A DNA stretch of 64,000 nucleotides from Chloroflexota bacterium. Lineage in GTDB: Bacteria > Chloroflexota > Anaerolineae > DTLA01. The notes below the pieces were generated by a model. It was not told the DNA's origin and made no database searches. It saw only the letters and a program-made list of their open reading frames with translations. Below, in pieces: positions 34,160-45,200 of this stretch (the first letter of the stretch is position 1; every line of letters starts with the position of its first letter). A program made the translations under genes and the position numbers. Location: NCBI GenBank assembly GCA_014360805.1, contig JACIWU010000006.1, forward strand, positions 8,199 to 72,198, written 5' to 3'.

Positions 34160-35542
34160 TCATTCCACGGGCCAGCGGGGCCTCACCTGCACGCCTGCGC
34201 GCGCGTAGAGCGCCTGGGCCCGCGCCCGCGCCGTGCGCATCACCCGCTCCTCGTCCAGCGTGAGCACGCGCCCGTCGCGCACCACCGCCTTGCCGTCAAT
34301 GACCACCAGCCGCACATCGGCGCCCGTCGCGCAGTGCACGACCGTGGACACGGGATTCGGCGACGGCGTGAGGTGCGGCTTGTTCATGTCCACCACCACG
34401 AAATCTGCCTTCTTGCCCACTTCCAGCGAGCCGATTTCGTCCTCCCAGCCCAGCGCCCTGGCCCCATTGATGGTGGCCATCTCCAGCGCGGTCTCGGCGG
34501 GCACGGTCTGCGGATCCAGCAGCCGCGCCTTCTGGAGATAGCACACCCAGCGCAGGTCGCGCAGCAGGTCGTAGGTGTTGTTGCTTGGCCCGCCGTCGCA
34601 CCCGACGGTAACGTTCACGCCTGCCTCCACCATCTCGGCGATGCGGGCAAACCCCGACGCGAGTTTGGAGTTGGACGCGGGGTTGTGGGTAACGTGGGTG
34701 CCCGTCTCGGCCAGCAGGCGAATCTCGTCGTCGTCCACCCAGATGACGTGGGCCAGCACGCGGCGCGGCCCCAGCAGGCCCACATCCTGGGCGAACTCCA
34801 CGGGCCTGCGCCCGTAGGTGCCCAGCAGGAATTCGCGGTCGGCGCGCACCTCGGCCAGGTGCACCGTGATGCCCATGCCGCGCTCGTCGGCCAGGCGCGC
34901 GATCTCGCGGTACAGGTCCGGACTTACGCCGCCCGGCGTCCTGGGGCCGAACCACACTTGCACGCGGCCGTCGCCCGCGCCGTTCCATCGGTCAAAGGCG
35001 TCCAGCGCCTGGCGCAGGCTCACGTCGCGGTCCTCGCGCATCCCTGGGTACATCCAGTCGTCCTTGGAGGCGTAGGTGGCCGTATCCATGACGATCTTGG
35101 ACAGGACGCCGCGCATGCCCGACTGGACGAGCGCCTCGGCGATGCCGTCCAGGCCGTAGCGCCCGGCGAGCATGCATTCCAGGAACGCGGTCGTGCCCGA
35201 CTTGAGCATCTCCACCATGCAGAGTTCGGCGCTGGCGCGGCCATCGGCTTCGTCGTAGTTGCCCTGGAGCACCCAGACGCGCTTGCCCAGCCACTCTATG
35301 AGTTCCAGGTCGTCGGCGCAGCCGCGGATCATGGCCTGGGCCAGGTGCACGTGGGTATCCACCAGGCCGGGCAACACCACGTCTCCGCGCAGGTCTTCGC
35401 GGGGCTCGTCGGGGAAGGCCTGGGCCAACTCGTAGGACTTGCCCACCGCGGCGATGCGCCCGTCCCGCACCAGGATGGCGCCGTCCTCCAGAATGCGGCG
35501 GGCCTTGTCCACCGTGATCAGCGTGCCGTGTTCAAAAATCAT
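34160..35542 (-). CDS. amidohydrolase, MtaD / TRZ-ATZ family (methylthioadenosine/SAH deaminase-like; 460 aa)
   Basis: ORF 34160..35671; I chose ATG 35542 after GGAGGGAG. Motifs: LPGLVDTHVHLAQAMIRGCADDLELIEWL, HLAE, GTHVTHNPASNSKLASG, VGCDGG. Confidence 0.85.
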   Translation of the reverse strand: MIFEHGTLITVDKARRILEDGAILVRDGRIAAVGKSYELAQAFPDEPREDLRGDVVLPGLVDTHVHLAQAMIRGCADDLELIEWLGKRVWVLQGNYDEADGRASAELCMVEMLKSGTTAFLECMLAGRYGLDGIAEALVQSGMRGVLSKIVMDTATYASKDDWMYPGMREDRDVSLRQALDAFDRWNGAGDGRVQVWFGPRTPGGVSPDLYREIARLADERGMGITVHLAEVRADREFLLGTYGRRPVEFAQDVGLLGPRRVLAHVIWVDDDEIRLLAETGTHVTHNPASNSKLASGFARIAEMVEAGVNVTVGCDGGPSNNTYDLLRDLRWVCYLQKARLLDPQTVPAETALEMATINGARALGWEDEIGSLEVGKKADFVVVDMNKPHLTPSPNPVSTVVHCATGADVRLVVIDGKAVVRDGRVLTLDEERVMRTARARAQALYARAGVQVRPRWPVE

Positions 35543-35697
35543 GGTGCTCCCTCCATTGGGTATGCGGACGGCAAACGATGTGGGCATTGTAGGCAAAGCG
35601 CACCCGAGGGTCAAATCGGCGAGGGTATGGGAGCGCGCAAGGCGCGAGGGGAGCCGTTCCGCGCCTGTCATCCTGGTCGGATCGCGGGGGGGCGGCG

Positions 35698-36174
35698 CTA
35701 CAACTTCATGATCTCCTCAACCTCAAGGGTTACCGCGCGGGCCGAAATCGCGATTTCCCTCGCCGCCAGCACCATGCCCCCCAGCACCAGCGCCATCCCC
35801 GCCAGGAACGCCACCAGCGCCGCCGCGTTCAGGACTCCTGTCGCCCAGAACAGGCTTGCGGCGATGATGAATGCGTCCACCACGAAGACGATGACCGCCG
35901 CGAACAGGCTGTACACGGCGTTGCGCTGAATCCGAACGCGGAGCACCAGGTCGGGCATTTGGCGCTCAATGGCTGCGAGCCTCACGTCGGCCACCGGCTC
36001 ACCGAGCTTGGGCAGGAGGTCCAGCCGCTCGCGGGCCAGCGCCCGCATGCGGTCGTTGATGCGCCCGTAGCGGTTCTGCATGCCCAGCAGCAAAAGCCCG
36101 CACGCCGAAATCATCACAGCCGGGGCCAGGATCGTCTGAATGGCCCGCGCCGACTCCTCAATGGGGAATTGCAT
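35698..36174 (-). CDS. DUF2721-like membrane protein (158 aa)
   Basis: GGAGGG precedes the ATG. LAPAVMISACGLLLLGMQNRYGRINDRMRAL plus two C-terminal TM helices match the DUF2721 pattern. Confidence 0.7.
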   Translation of the reverse strand: MQFPIEESARAIQTILAPAVMISACGLLLLGMQNRYGRINDRMRALARERLDLLPKLGEPVADVRLAAIERQMPDLVLRVRIQRNAVYSLFAAVIVFVVDAFIIAASLFWATGVLNAAALVAFLAGMALVLGGMVLAAREIAISARAVTLEVEEIMKL

Positions 36175-36340
36175 CTTCGTCCCTCCGTTCTATCTCATCG
36201 CCGGTCTGTGCCGACTCCCCGCCTGCGGGGCGGGCAAAATCGCAAGGGCGAACGCAAGGTTCGCCCTTGCGCCGCCTGTAGCTCACCAGGCCCCCAGCAC
36301 CAGCACTCCTTCGCGCCACGATGGGATTCGCGGATGCGGC

Positions 36341-36877
36341 CTACCGCGGGGTGGACAGGGGGCGAAACGCCGACGTATACGTTACGCCCAGATAGGGCCG
36401 CTGAGGGTCGTCGGGGTGCTGGCCCAGGGTAACCTCCACGGTCCTCTCCTCGCCGTCGCGGCGATAGGTGATGCGAACCTCGTCGCCGGGTTTGTACTTG
36501 CGGACGATGTCGGCCAGGTCGGTGGCCAGGGTTACGCGCTCGTCGTTGACGGCCACGATGATGTCGCCGGCGCGCAGGCCCGCCTTATCGGCGGGGGTGC
36601 CGGGCGTTACCGCGGTCAGCAGCGCGCCGAACCCGGGGATCTCCACCCGCGGCGGGGTGAAGGGCGTGCGCTCGGGCGTTGGCGTCGGGGCCACGCCTTG
36701 CTGCGGCAGTCGCTGGCTCAGGGTGCTCCACTCGTCCCGCGCCACCGTCCGCGCCTGTTCTCGTCCCACGAAATATCCGGCCACGCCGCCCGCGACGGCG
36801 CCAAGGATCAGGCTCAGCAGGACGCCCGCAACCGCGATGATCCCAACAATCACGTAGATTTTGGTTTTATCGCTCAT
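36341..36877 (-). CDS. membrane-anchored PDZ domain protein (178 aa)
   Basis: N-terminal TM, Pro/Thr linker, and PDZ core GALLTAVTPGTPADKAGLRAGDIIVAVNDERV...PGDEVRITYRRDGEERTVEVTL. Confidence 0.8.
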   Translation of the reverse strand: MSDKTKIYVIVGIIAVAGVLLSLILGAVAGGVAGYFVGREQARTVARDEWSTLSQRLPQQGVAPTPTPERTPFTPPRVEIPGFGALLTAVTPGTPADKAGLRAGDIIVAVNDERVTLATDLADIVRKYKPGDEVRITYRRDGEERTVEVTLGQHPDDPQRPYLGVTYTSAFRPLSTPR

Positions 36878-36973
36878 ACGTCCCTCCGCTTTTCCTGTGG
36901 ATTGTCGCCAATGCAGGAAAAGTATAACACAGGAACGTTAAAAACAGGTTAGAGCGGGGCGGGGCCTGGGGTT

Positions 36974-37600
36974 CTACGGCAGCAGTCGCGGCCCCAGCGC
37001 CTGGAGGAACAACGCCGGATGACGGGTGCGGATGCCGTCCGCGCCTTTCTCTATCCACTCGTGGATTTCCTCGCGGGTGTCCAGCACGCCGACGTACACG
37101 CGGACGCGCTTGTCCCACGAGAGGAGCATGACTTCCTCGTCGGCGACCTTCGGCCCGCAGACCAGAGCGTCCACCACCAGGCGCTGGATGAAGTCCTTGG
37201 CGGTTTCGGGGTCCTCGGTCTCCAGCGCGATAGCGATGCGGTGATCCGACAGCGCCGTTACCTGCATAACCCCGACGTGCCGCGCGATGAAGGTGAAGCG
37301 GGGACTCAGGTTGGTTTCAACGCCCAGGTTGATGATGGGCATGGCGGCCAGGCTGTCGGGGACGTGGATGTGGATGCCCAGGTGGGGCGGCAGAATCTGC
37401 AGGAGGCGCGCCAGGGGCACCGGGCCCTGCCGCGTTACGATGGCCAGGTCTTTGGTGGTGGGCTGAACCAGGGAGCATTCCACGGCGTCCACGTGCTCGG
37501 CGATGCCGTCGTTGGCGCCGCCGAGTTCCAGCCAGGGCGCGTAGGCGTGGAGCAGCGCGATGCAGGCGATGTCGTCGGGCGCGCGGCGTTTAGTGTGCAT
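36974..37600 (-). CDS. hypothetical protein (208 aa)
   Basis: Complete ORF. ATG 37600 overlaps the ROK gene end by 11 nt, with a GGAGG 9 nt upstream. There is only weak C-terminal resemblance (GADGIRTRHP) to GDPD-type TIM barrels, so no function is assigned. Confidence 0.5.
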   Translation of the reverse strand: MHTKRRAPDDIACIALLHAYAPWLELGGANDGIAEHVDAVECSLVQPTTKDLAIVTRQGPVPLARLLQILPPHLGIHIHVPDSLAAMPIINLGVETNLSPRFTFIARHVGVMQVTALSDHRIAIALETEDPETAKDFIQRLVVDALVCGPKVADEEVMLLSWDKRVRVYVGVLDTREEIHEWIEKGADGIRTRHPALFLQALGPRLLP

Positions 37601-38564
37601 AGCGTGCGGCCTCCGAGAATGCCAGGGCGGCAGCCCCCAGGAGGCCCGCGTCGTCTCCCAGGGCGGCGGGGACGATGTCCACGCCCTTGCGGAAGGCCAG
37701 GGGGGCGCGCGCGTCCACCGTCTGGCGGATGGGGCCGAACAGGAGGTCGCCGGCGAAACTCACGCCGCCGCCGATGACCACGCGGCCGGGGTTCAGGATG
37801 TGCAGGAGATTCACGATGCCGACGCCGATGTAGAAACCCGCCTGGGCCAGGAGTTCCACGGCCAGCGCGTCGCCTGCCTTGGCCGCGTCGGTTACGATGT
37901 GGGCGGTGATGGCCTCCGGGTCGCGGCCCGGCGTCAGGTCCAGGATGCGGGTGGGGCGGCCCTCGGCGATGGCGGCGCGGGCGTTGCGGGCGATGGCCGG
38001 GCCTGCGGCCAGCGCCTCCAGGCAGCCGATGTTGCCGCAGTTGCAGCGGGGGCCGTGGGCTTCCAGCGTCATGTGGCCGATCTCGCCGGCGTAGCCGTTC
38101 TCGCCCCAGTAGAGTTGGTTCTCTATGATGATGCCGCCGCCGATGCCGGTGCTGATGGTGAGATACACCAGGTTGGCGAAGCCGCGCCCCGCGCCGTAGC
38201 GGTGCTCGCCGACGGCGGCGGCGTTGGCGTCGTTTTCCACGATGGTGGGCAGGCTGGTGGCCCGGGCGATGCGGTCGCGCAAGGGGTACATCTCAAAGCC
38301 GGGGAGGTTGGGGCATTCAATGATGATGCCCGTGCGCGGCTGGAGTGGGCCGGGCGCGCCGATGCCGATGGCTTGCACGCGGCACGTTGGGTTCTGCTGG
38401 ATGGCCTCGCCGATGAGTTGAATCATGCGGGCGACAACGTGCTCCGCGCCCAGGTGGGCTTCGGTTGCCGTCTTGGCGCGGAACAGGATGCGGCCATCGG
38501 CGGTGCAGACGGCGGTGCGGAGGTGCGTTCCCCCCAGGTCCACGGCGATCACGGCGGATTCCAT
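37590..38564 (-). CDS. ROK family sugar kinase (glucokinase-like; 324 aa)
   Basis: ORF 37590..38768; I chose ATG 38564 because the upstream part is repeat DNA. Motifs: AVDLGGTHLR, ENDANAAAVGE, ISTGIGGGII, and the zinc motif GHMTLEAHGPRCNCGNIGCLE. Confidence 0.9.
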   Translation of the reverse strand: MESAVIAVDLGGTHLRTAVCTADGRILFRAKTATEAHLGAEHVVARMIQLIGEAIQQNPTCRVQAIGIGAPGPLQPRTGIIIECPNLPGFEMYPLRDRIARATSLPTIVENDANAAAVGEHRYGAGRGFANLVYLTISTGIGGGIIIENQLYWGENGYAGEIGHMTLEAHGPRCNCGNIGCLEALAAGPAIARNARAAIAEGRPTRILDLTPGRDPEAITAHIVTDAAKAGDALAVELLAQAGFYIGVGIVNLLHILNPGRVVIGGGVSFAGDLLFGPIRQTVDARAPLAFRKGVDIVPAALGDDAGLLGAAALAFSEAARYAH

Positions 38565-38636
38565 GCGTTTCTCCCAAGTTGCTTTGTTGGGTGAAGTATA
38601 CCACGGGGGCGGGGGTGGGTCAACCGAGTTGTTGCG

Positions 38637-38795
38637 GTGGTTCGGTTCCGTCTGATGTTGGCGACCAAGGCGCGACGCACTTCCGGAGGTGAGTCGCACC
38701 TTGGGAACCTGCCCCCTGCCTCTGGCGGCTATGGGAAGCCGCCCTACGTGTCTACATTTATTCTCCATTCGTGTGGATTCATGTTATTCGTGGAT
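38637..38795. repeat. composite repeat island: family C (38637-38702), GGAACCTGCC unit plus inverted family A hairpin (38703-38750), inverted family B (38765-38795)
   Basis: GGTTCGGTTCCGTCTGATGTTGGCGACCAAGGCGCGACGCACTTCCGGAGGTGAGTCGCACCT; GGCGGCTATGGGAAGCCGCCCTAC; CCATTCGTGTGGATTCATGTTATTCGTGGAT. Confidence 0.8.
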
Positions 38796-38943
38796 AGTCC
38801 ACGCCCCCTTCTTCTGGTACGGAAATTGCACAAAACGGGTGGGAGTCGTGCACCTTCCGACGGCGGGGGCACGTTGCCGTGGCACTGCGCCCCGATCCTG
38901 GCCTTTCCTGGCGGGCGATTGGCCGGGCAAGTTGACAAGGTTA

Positions 38944-38973
38944 TTGACAAGTGCTAGAAAAAGGTTGTATAAT
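38944..38973 (+). promoter_or_regulatory. strong sigma-70-like promoter TTGACA-18-TATAAT in a locally AT-rich patch, upstream of the giant gene
   Basis: TTGACA at 38944-38949 and TATAAT at 38968-38973. This implies a 5' UTR of about 255 nt before ATG 39235. Confidence 0.5.
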
Positions 38974-39234
38974 ACATAATGTAACGAGGAGTCTGATGCT
39001 CTGGGGCCTTGTCGCACCATGCGGCTGGGCCGGCTGCCTTTCGGCGCGAGAGAGGCGGTTGGCGCATGGGCGAGAAGGTGGCACCCCGCCGCTTGTTTCC
39101 ACAAAAACGATAACAACCGAAGAAAGCGCCGAGGCACGAAGGCGCGAGTTCGTGCATGGGCGGGAAGTCCGGCGGAAAGCGCTGCGGCTTCGTTTTGCCC
39201 TATGCGCAGACCAGTGCGTACAAGGAGGCCTGTC

Positions 39235-42200
39235 ATGAGGAAGGCAACATGGTTGGGCGTGGTTGTACTCGTAGCGCTTGCGCTGGCGGTCGGGATGGGG
39301 TTGGCGGTGTGGCCCGCCCATGCGGCGCCCGGCATCCTGCTGGTGAAGACCTCCGATGCTGGCGGAACGGCTGTGCCGGGCCAGGTCATCCAGTACACTA
39401 TCTGGATCACGAACACCGACCCGGGGCCCGTTACGCTGGAGGTGCGCGATGACCTGCCGTCGCAGGTGCAGTACATCGGCGGCAGCGCCGTGGCCGCCTC
39501 GCCTCTGACGTATGCCGACGACTTCGGCGTGGTCAGTTGGTCCAACAACACCGGTACGGCCAACTGGGCCGGGCCGTGGGTGGAGACCAACGATGCCATC
39601 GGCCCCCACATCGGCGACCTCGTGATTGAGAATGACGCTGGAAGTTATCGCCTGCGCATGCGCGCCGCCAACAAGTCCGTGGAACGCCCCGCTGACACCT
39701 CCACCATGATCCAGCCCACGCTGCGCTTTATCCGCAAGTTGTGGTCGGTGGAGACGAACGACTGGTTCTACCTGGACGTGTACGATGGCGGAGTGTGGCA
39801 CAATGCCGTCATGTCCTGGAGCGTAGGCTCCACGCAGGATGTTTACGTTGCCGAGGAAGTGAACCTCACCCCCTATAAGGCCTCCAATCTTGCGATTCGG
39901 TTCCGCACGGGCTCGTCCGTGAGCACCGGCGATGTCATGTACGTGGACGATGTGGAGATTTACGACAAGGGCACCGCCCTGGCAGCGCCGCCGGTTATGA
40001 CGACCAGCCTGGTGGTGGAAGCGGGCGCGGCGAAGGTGGTGCGCCTGTCGGCCGTGGTCCTGCAGCCCCTGTCTGGCGGCACCCTCATGACGAACACCGC
40101 CACCGTGAAGAGCGGCGCTGTTGTGCTGGCGACGGCCCAGGTTACCGACGTGCTCCAAGCGCCGATCCTGGCGATCACCAAGCAGGCCGTTCCCGCTGTC
40201 GTAGAAGCGGGCGAGCGCATCACCTACACGGTGCGGGTTACCAACACCGGCACCACGACGGCCAACAATGTGTCCATCTACGACCCGGTGCCGGCGAACA
40301 CGTCCTACGTGGGCGGGAGCGTGCAGTTGACCGGGTTCTTGCCTGAGGGCGCGCCTTCAATCGGGCCACGCGCCACGCTGTGGGACTCGGAGCACGCGAG
40401 CCTGGTGCGCGCGCGGCTCGCCCCGAGCATTGAGATTGCGGGCGTGGGCGCGCCGCCGTGGATTTTGACCGGCCACACCCTGGCCCCCGGCCAGGCGGTT
40501 ACCGTTACGTTTGAGGTGCAGTCGCAGGCCCCGCTGACCAACGGCCTGACCATAACCAATACGGCCTCGGTAACGTGCACGCAGATCATCACGCCGGTTT
40601 CGGCGTCGGCGTACACGACCGTGCACAGCAGCCCCTCGCTGACCATCACCAAGTCCTCGCAGATTGTGGGCACGCCGCCGCTGAACCCCGACGACACGCT
40701 GCGCTACGTCATCACGCTGACCAACTCGGGCAACGGCAACGCCACGGGCACGGTGGTGAGCGACACGCTGCCTGCGAACACAACGTTTGTGCCCGGCAGC
40801 GTGGTGATTTCGCCGTCTTCTGCAGGCGGCACGCCGGGAACCCCGCCCAACATCGCCACGGGGATCTCTGTGCCTGGCATGGGCGGCTCGGTAACCGTGC
40901 AGTTTGACGTCAAGGTGGACAAGCCCCTGCAGAACGGCACGGTGATCACCAACACCGCCGCGACTCGCTGCACCGAGGACGCGACCTGGCAGGTCTCGTC
41001 GCCGGTTACGAATACCGTCGTCAGCGCGCCCTACGTGGTGGCGACCAAGTCGGCCCAGGACATGACGGGCGGCGCGCCGCTGCGCCCGGGCGACGTGCTA
41101 AGTTACACCGTCGTGATGACCAACGTGGGCACCATGAACTACTACAACCTGGGGCACAACGAGTTCGTGGACATCCTGCCCCTCACCTACGCCTCGTATG
41201 TGGCGGGTTCGCATACGGCGTCTAGTGGCACTATCACTTTCGGGACCGACCGCGTCCGCTGGAACGGCGACCTGCTGGTGGGCCAGCCGGTTACGCTGTC
41301 GTTCGCCATTCAGTTGAGCACCCCACTGACCAACGGCCTGACCATCACCAACACTGGCGAGGTGCGTTACGACAGCGACGGCGACGGCGACTACGACGGG
41401 CTGGACATCCCCGCGCAGACCAATGCCGTCGTCAGCACGATCACGGCCTCGCCCAACATCGTGGTTACGAAGACCTCGGCGGACATGACCGGAGGCGCGC
41501 CGCTGCAGCCCGGCGACCAGTTGCGCTACGAGATCGTCTTCACCAACACGGGCGACATGGACGCGGTGGACATGGTGCTGACCGACACCATCCCCGCGAA
41601 CACGACGTTCGCGATTGCGGGCGCCGTTCCTGGCGGCGGGACGCTGGTCTCCACCAGTCCGGTGCTGCGCATTGAGGGTATTGACCTGGCGGCGGGGGCT
41701 TCGGCGTCGTTCGCGTTCCGCGTGAACCTGGACAGCGTCATCACGGTGGGCACGTCCATCACCAACCGCGCCTACATCCTCTACGACAGCGACGGCGTGG
41801 GCGGCAACGACACGCTGGCGCAGTCCAATCTCGTCTCCGACGCGGTAACCAGTTCGCCGCAGTTCACGCTGACCAAGCAGGCGCACAGCGCAACGATTGT
41901 GCCCGGCCAGCCGGTAACGTATACCATCGTCCTGACGAACACGGGCGATGCCCCCGCCACAGGCGTCGTCGTGAGCGACACGCTGCCGCCGCAACTCACC
42001 TTCGTGCCGGGCAGCGTAACGATTGCGCCGGCCTCGGCAGGCGGGACGGCCGGGACGCCGCCGCAGATCGCCACGGGCATCAGTGCGCCCGTGGGCCAGC
42101 CGATTACGGTTACCTTCCGGGCCACCCTGGCGCGCCCGCTGGACAACGGCACCGTCATCACCAACACGGCGGGCGTCTGGTGCGCCGAGAACGCAACGCC

Positions 42201-45200
42201 CGTTGCCAGCGCGCCTGCAACCTTCACCGTTGCGAGCGCGCCGGCGGTGGCAGGCGTGAAGACCATGCAGGACCTGAACGGCGCGCCGCTGCGCCCCGGC
42301 GACCAGGTGCGCTACACCCTCATCGTAACCAACACCGGCACCATGGACCAGGGCGACTACTCGGGCAACGAGATTCGCGACGCCCTGCCCACGTACACGT
42401 CGTTCGTGAGCGGGACCCTGTTTGCCTCGTCGGGCACGGCCACCTACGACAGCGTGAACCGGCGCGTCCTGTGGAACGGCCCGCTGCCGGTGGACCAGCC
42501 GGTTACCATCGTGTTTGACGTGCTGCTGGATAACGCCATCCCCAACGGCACGGTCATCCAGAACCGCGGGCGGCTGTACTGGGACGATGACGGCGACAAG
42601 GCCAACAACCGCACCACTTACACGCCCTACGCCTCGGGCACGGTGCTGAGCGCGCCGCTGATGGTGGCGCACAAGACCTCGCTGGACCTGAACGGCGGCG
42701 TGTTTGAGCCTGGCGACGTCATCAGTTACACCGTCGTCATCACCAACATCGGCAACATGGATCAGCCGGACATTCCGTCGCACTTTGAGTTCTACGACCC
42801 CATCTTCCCGGGGCTCACCTACAAGCCTGGGACAGCGACCCAGCCTTGGGGGACGTGGGGCATTGACGGAACGTCGGTGAAGTGGACAGGCCCCATCACC
42901 GTGGGCGTGCCGCTCACGCTCACGTGGGCGATGGACGTGGGCGTCCTCAGCCACGGCACGGTGGTTACCAACGCCGCCGAAATCCGCTACGACAGCGACG
43001 CCGACGGCGACTGGGATGCCAATGATGTTGTCGTTACGACCAACATGACCCAGGACACGATTTACTATCTGTCCTCGCTGTACGCGACCAAGATATCCGA
43101 GGATATGACGGGCGGAGCGCCGCTGGAACCGAACGACGTCATCCGCTACACCGTCATCATCACCAACACGGGCAACCGTCCTGTTGCGGGCGCGGTCTTC
43201 ACCGACTCGGTGCCCGCGAATACGACGTTCCTGGACGTGCCCACCATTCCGGGCGGCGCGGTCAACGAGAGCACCTCGTCGCAGGTGAAAATCTCCAACA
43301 TCTCCATCCCGGCCAATGGCGGCAGCGTTACGATTCAGTTCCGCGTGCGGGTGAACCTGCCGCTGTGGGATGGCACGGTCATCAGCAACCAGGGCTACGT
43401 GCGCTACGACCGCGACGGCCTGGGCACCTACGAGATGATCCCCACCGACGACCCGCGCACGCCCGCCCTGAACGACCCGACGCAGGACACGGTAACCTCG
43501 GCGCCGTCGCTGGTGGTGACCAAAACCGCCCAGGACATGGACGGGGGCAATCTGCGCCCGGGCGATGTGCTGAGTTACACACTGATCATCACCAACACCG
43601 GCACCGAGAACGCGGTCAACGTCGCGGTAACCGACCCCGTACCGGCGAACACCACCTTCGTGCCCGGCAGCGTTACTCGCGAGCCGGCGTCGGCAGGCGG
43701 GACGCTGGGCGCGCCGCCGAATCTGGTGTCGGGCATGGTGATCACGGCGCAGACGTCGGTTACGCTGACGATGGCCGTGCAACTGGACACGCCGCTGGAC
43801 AACGGCACGCTGATTACCAATACCGCGACTGTGAGCGCCGACCGCCTGTCGCCCATCACGGCGACGGTAACGAATACGGTTACCAGCGCGCCCATCGGCA
43901 ACGTGGCCAAGATAGGCACGGACGTGAACGGCGGCAATGTGGTGCCCGGAGACCGCCTGGACTTCCAGGTGGTGCTGTGGAATACCGGCGACATGAACCA
44001 GGGCGACAACGCGTACGACGAGTTCTGGGATGTCCTGTCGCCCAACGTAACGCTGGTGCCGGGCACCCTGGCGTCCACGTCGGGGACGGCGACGTACAAT
44101 TCCGGCGAGCACCGCATTGAGTGGAACGGCCCGGTCAACGTGGGCCAGCCGGTTACCATTACCTACAGCGCCGACGTGAACCTGCCGCTGAACAACGGCA
44201 CCAGCATCCAGAATACCGCCTACTTCACCTATGACGGCGACGGCGACGGCGTCAACGAGACAACCGTAACGTCGTCGGCGAACTTCACGGTAGTAAGCGC
44301 GCCGTTTGTGGTTGCGCACAAGTCGTCGCTGGACGTGAACGGCTACCCGCTGCGCCCCGGCGACATCCTCAGTTACACCGTCGTCTTGACCAATGTCGGG
44401 ACGATGGACTACCTGAACCTGGGCCACCACGAATTCGTGGACATCCTGCCGCTCGCGAATGCCACCTATGTGGCCGGTTCGCACACGGCCTCCAGCGGCA
44501 CCATCACGTTCGCTACCGACCGCGTCCGCTGGGACGGCGACCTGCTAGTGGGCCAGCCGGTAACCCTGACCTTCGCCATCCAGTTGAACACGCCGCTGCC
44601 CAACGGGACGGACATCGTGAACCAGGGCGAGTGCCGCTACGATAGCGATGGCGATGGCGACTACGACGCTTCGGACACCCTTGCTTACACCAATACCGTG
44701 ACGGACACGGTTACCAGCGCCGCCGTGATAGAGATAACGAAGTACTCCGAGGACATGACCGGAGGCGCGCCGCTGCAGCCCGGCGATGAACTGCGCTACA
44801 CCATCAACTTCACCAACACCGGCGACATGGACGCGGTGGACATGGTGCTCACCGACACCATCCCCGCGAACACGACGTTCGCGATTGCGGGCGCCGTTCC
44901 TGGCGGCGGGACGCTGGTCTCCACCAGTCCGGTGCTGCGCATTGAGGGTATTGACCTGGCGGCGGGGGCTTCGGCCCAGTTCCGCTTCCGCGTTACGCTG
45001 GACAGCGTGATCCCCGTGGGCACGTCCATCGTCAACCGCGCCTACATCCTGTACGACGCCGACGGCAACGGCTCCATGGAGTCGCTGCGGCAGTCCAACG
45101 AGGTGGTAGACCCGGTTACCAGCGCGCCTGTGCTGGCCATCAGTAAGTCGGCGACAGACGTGAACGGCGCGCCGCTGGTGCCCGGCGACACGCTGCGCTA

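Noticed and set aside
36974-37600. Calling this gene a glycerophosphodiester phosphodiesterase
   Set aside because: Only a short C-terminal GADGIRTRHP resemblance exists. The catalytic HRG-type N-terminal motifs are absent, so it is left as hypothetical.
34052-38594. Plus-strand ORFs 34052..35929 (625 aa) and 37560..38594 (344 aa)
   Set aside because: They are antisense to the amidohydrolase/DUF2721 genes and to the ROK kinase, and they have no motifs.
39019-39234. N-terminal 72-aa extension of the giant ORF from the track start (MRLGRLPFGAREAV...)
   Set aside because: It has no SD and no signal peptide. ATG 39235 has a perfect AAGGAGG and an immediate Sec signal, so the extension lies in the predicted 5' UTR.
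38974-39234. c-di-GMP (GEMM-I/II) riboswitch upstream of the giant adhesin gene
   Set aside because: I looked for the conserved GGGCAAAC / GACGCAAAGCC type segments and did not see them. Only a generic structured leader can be claimed.
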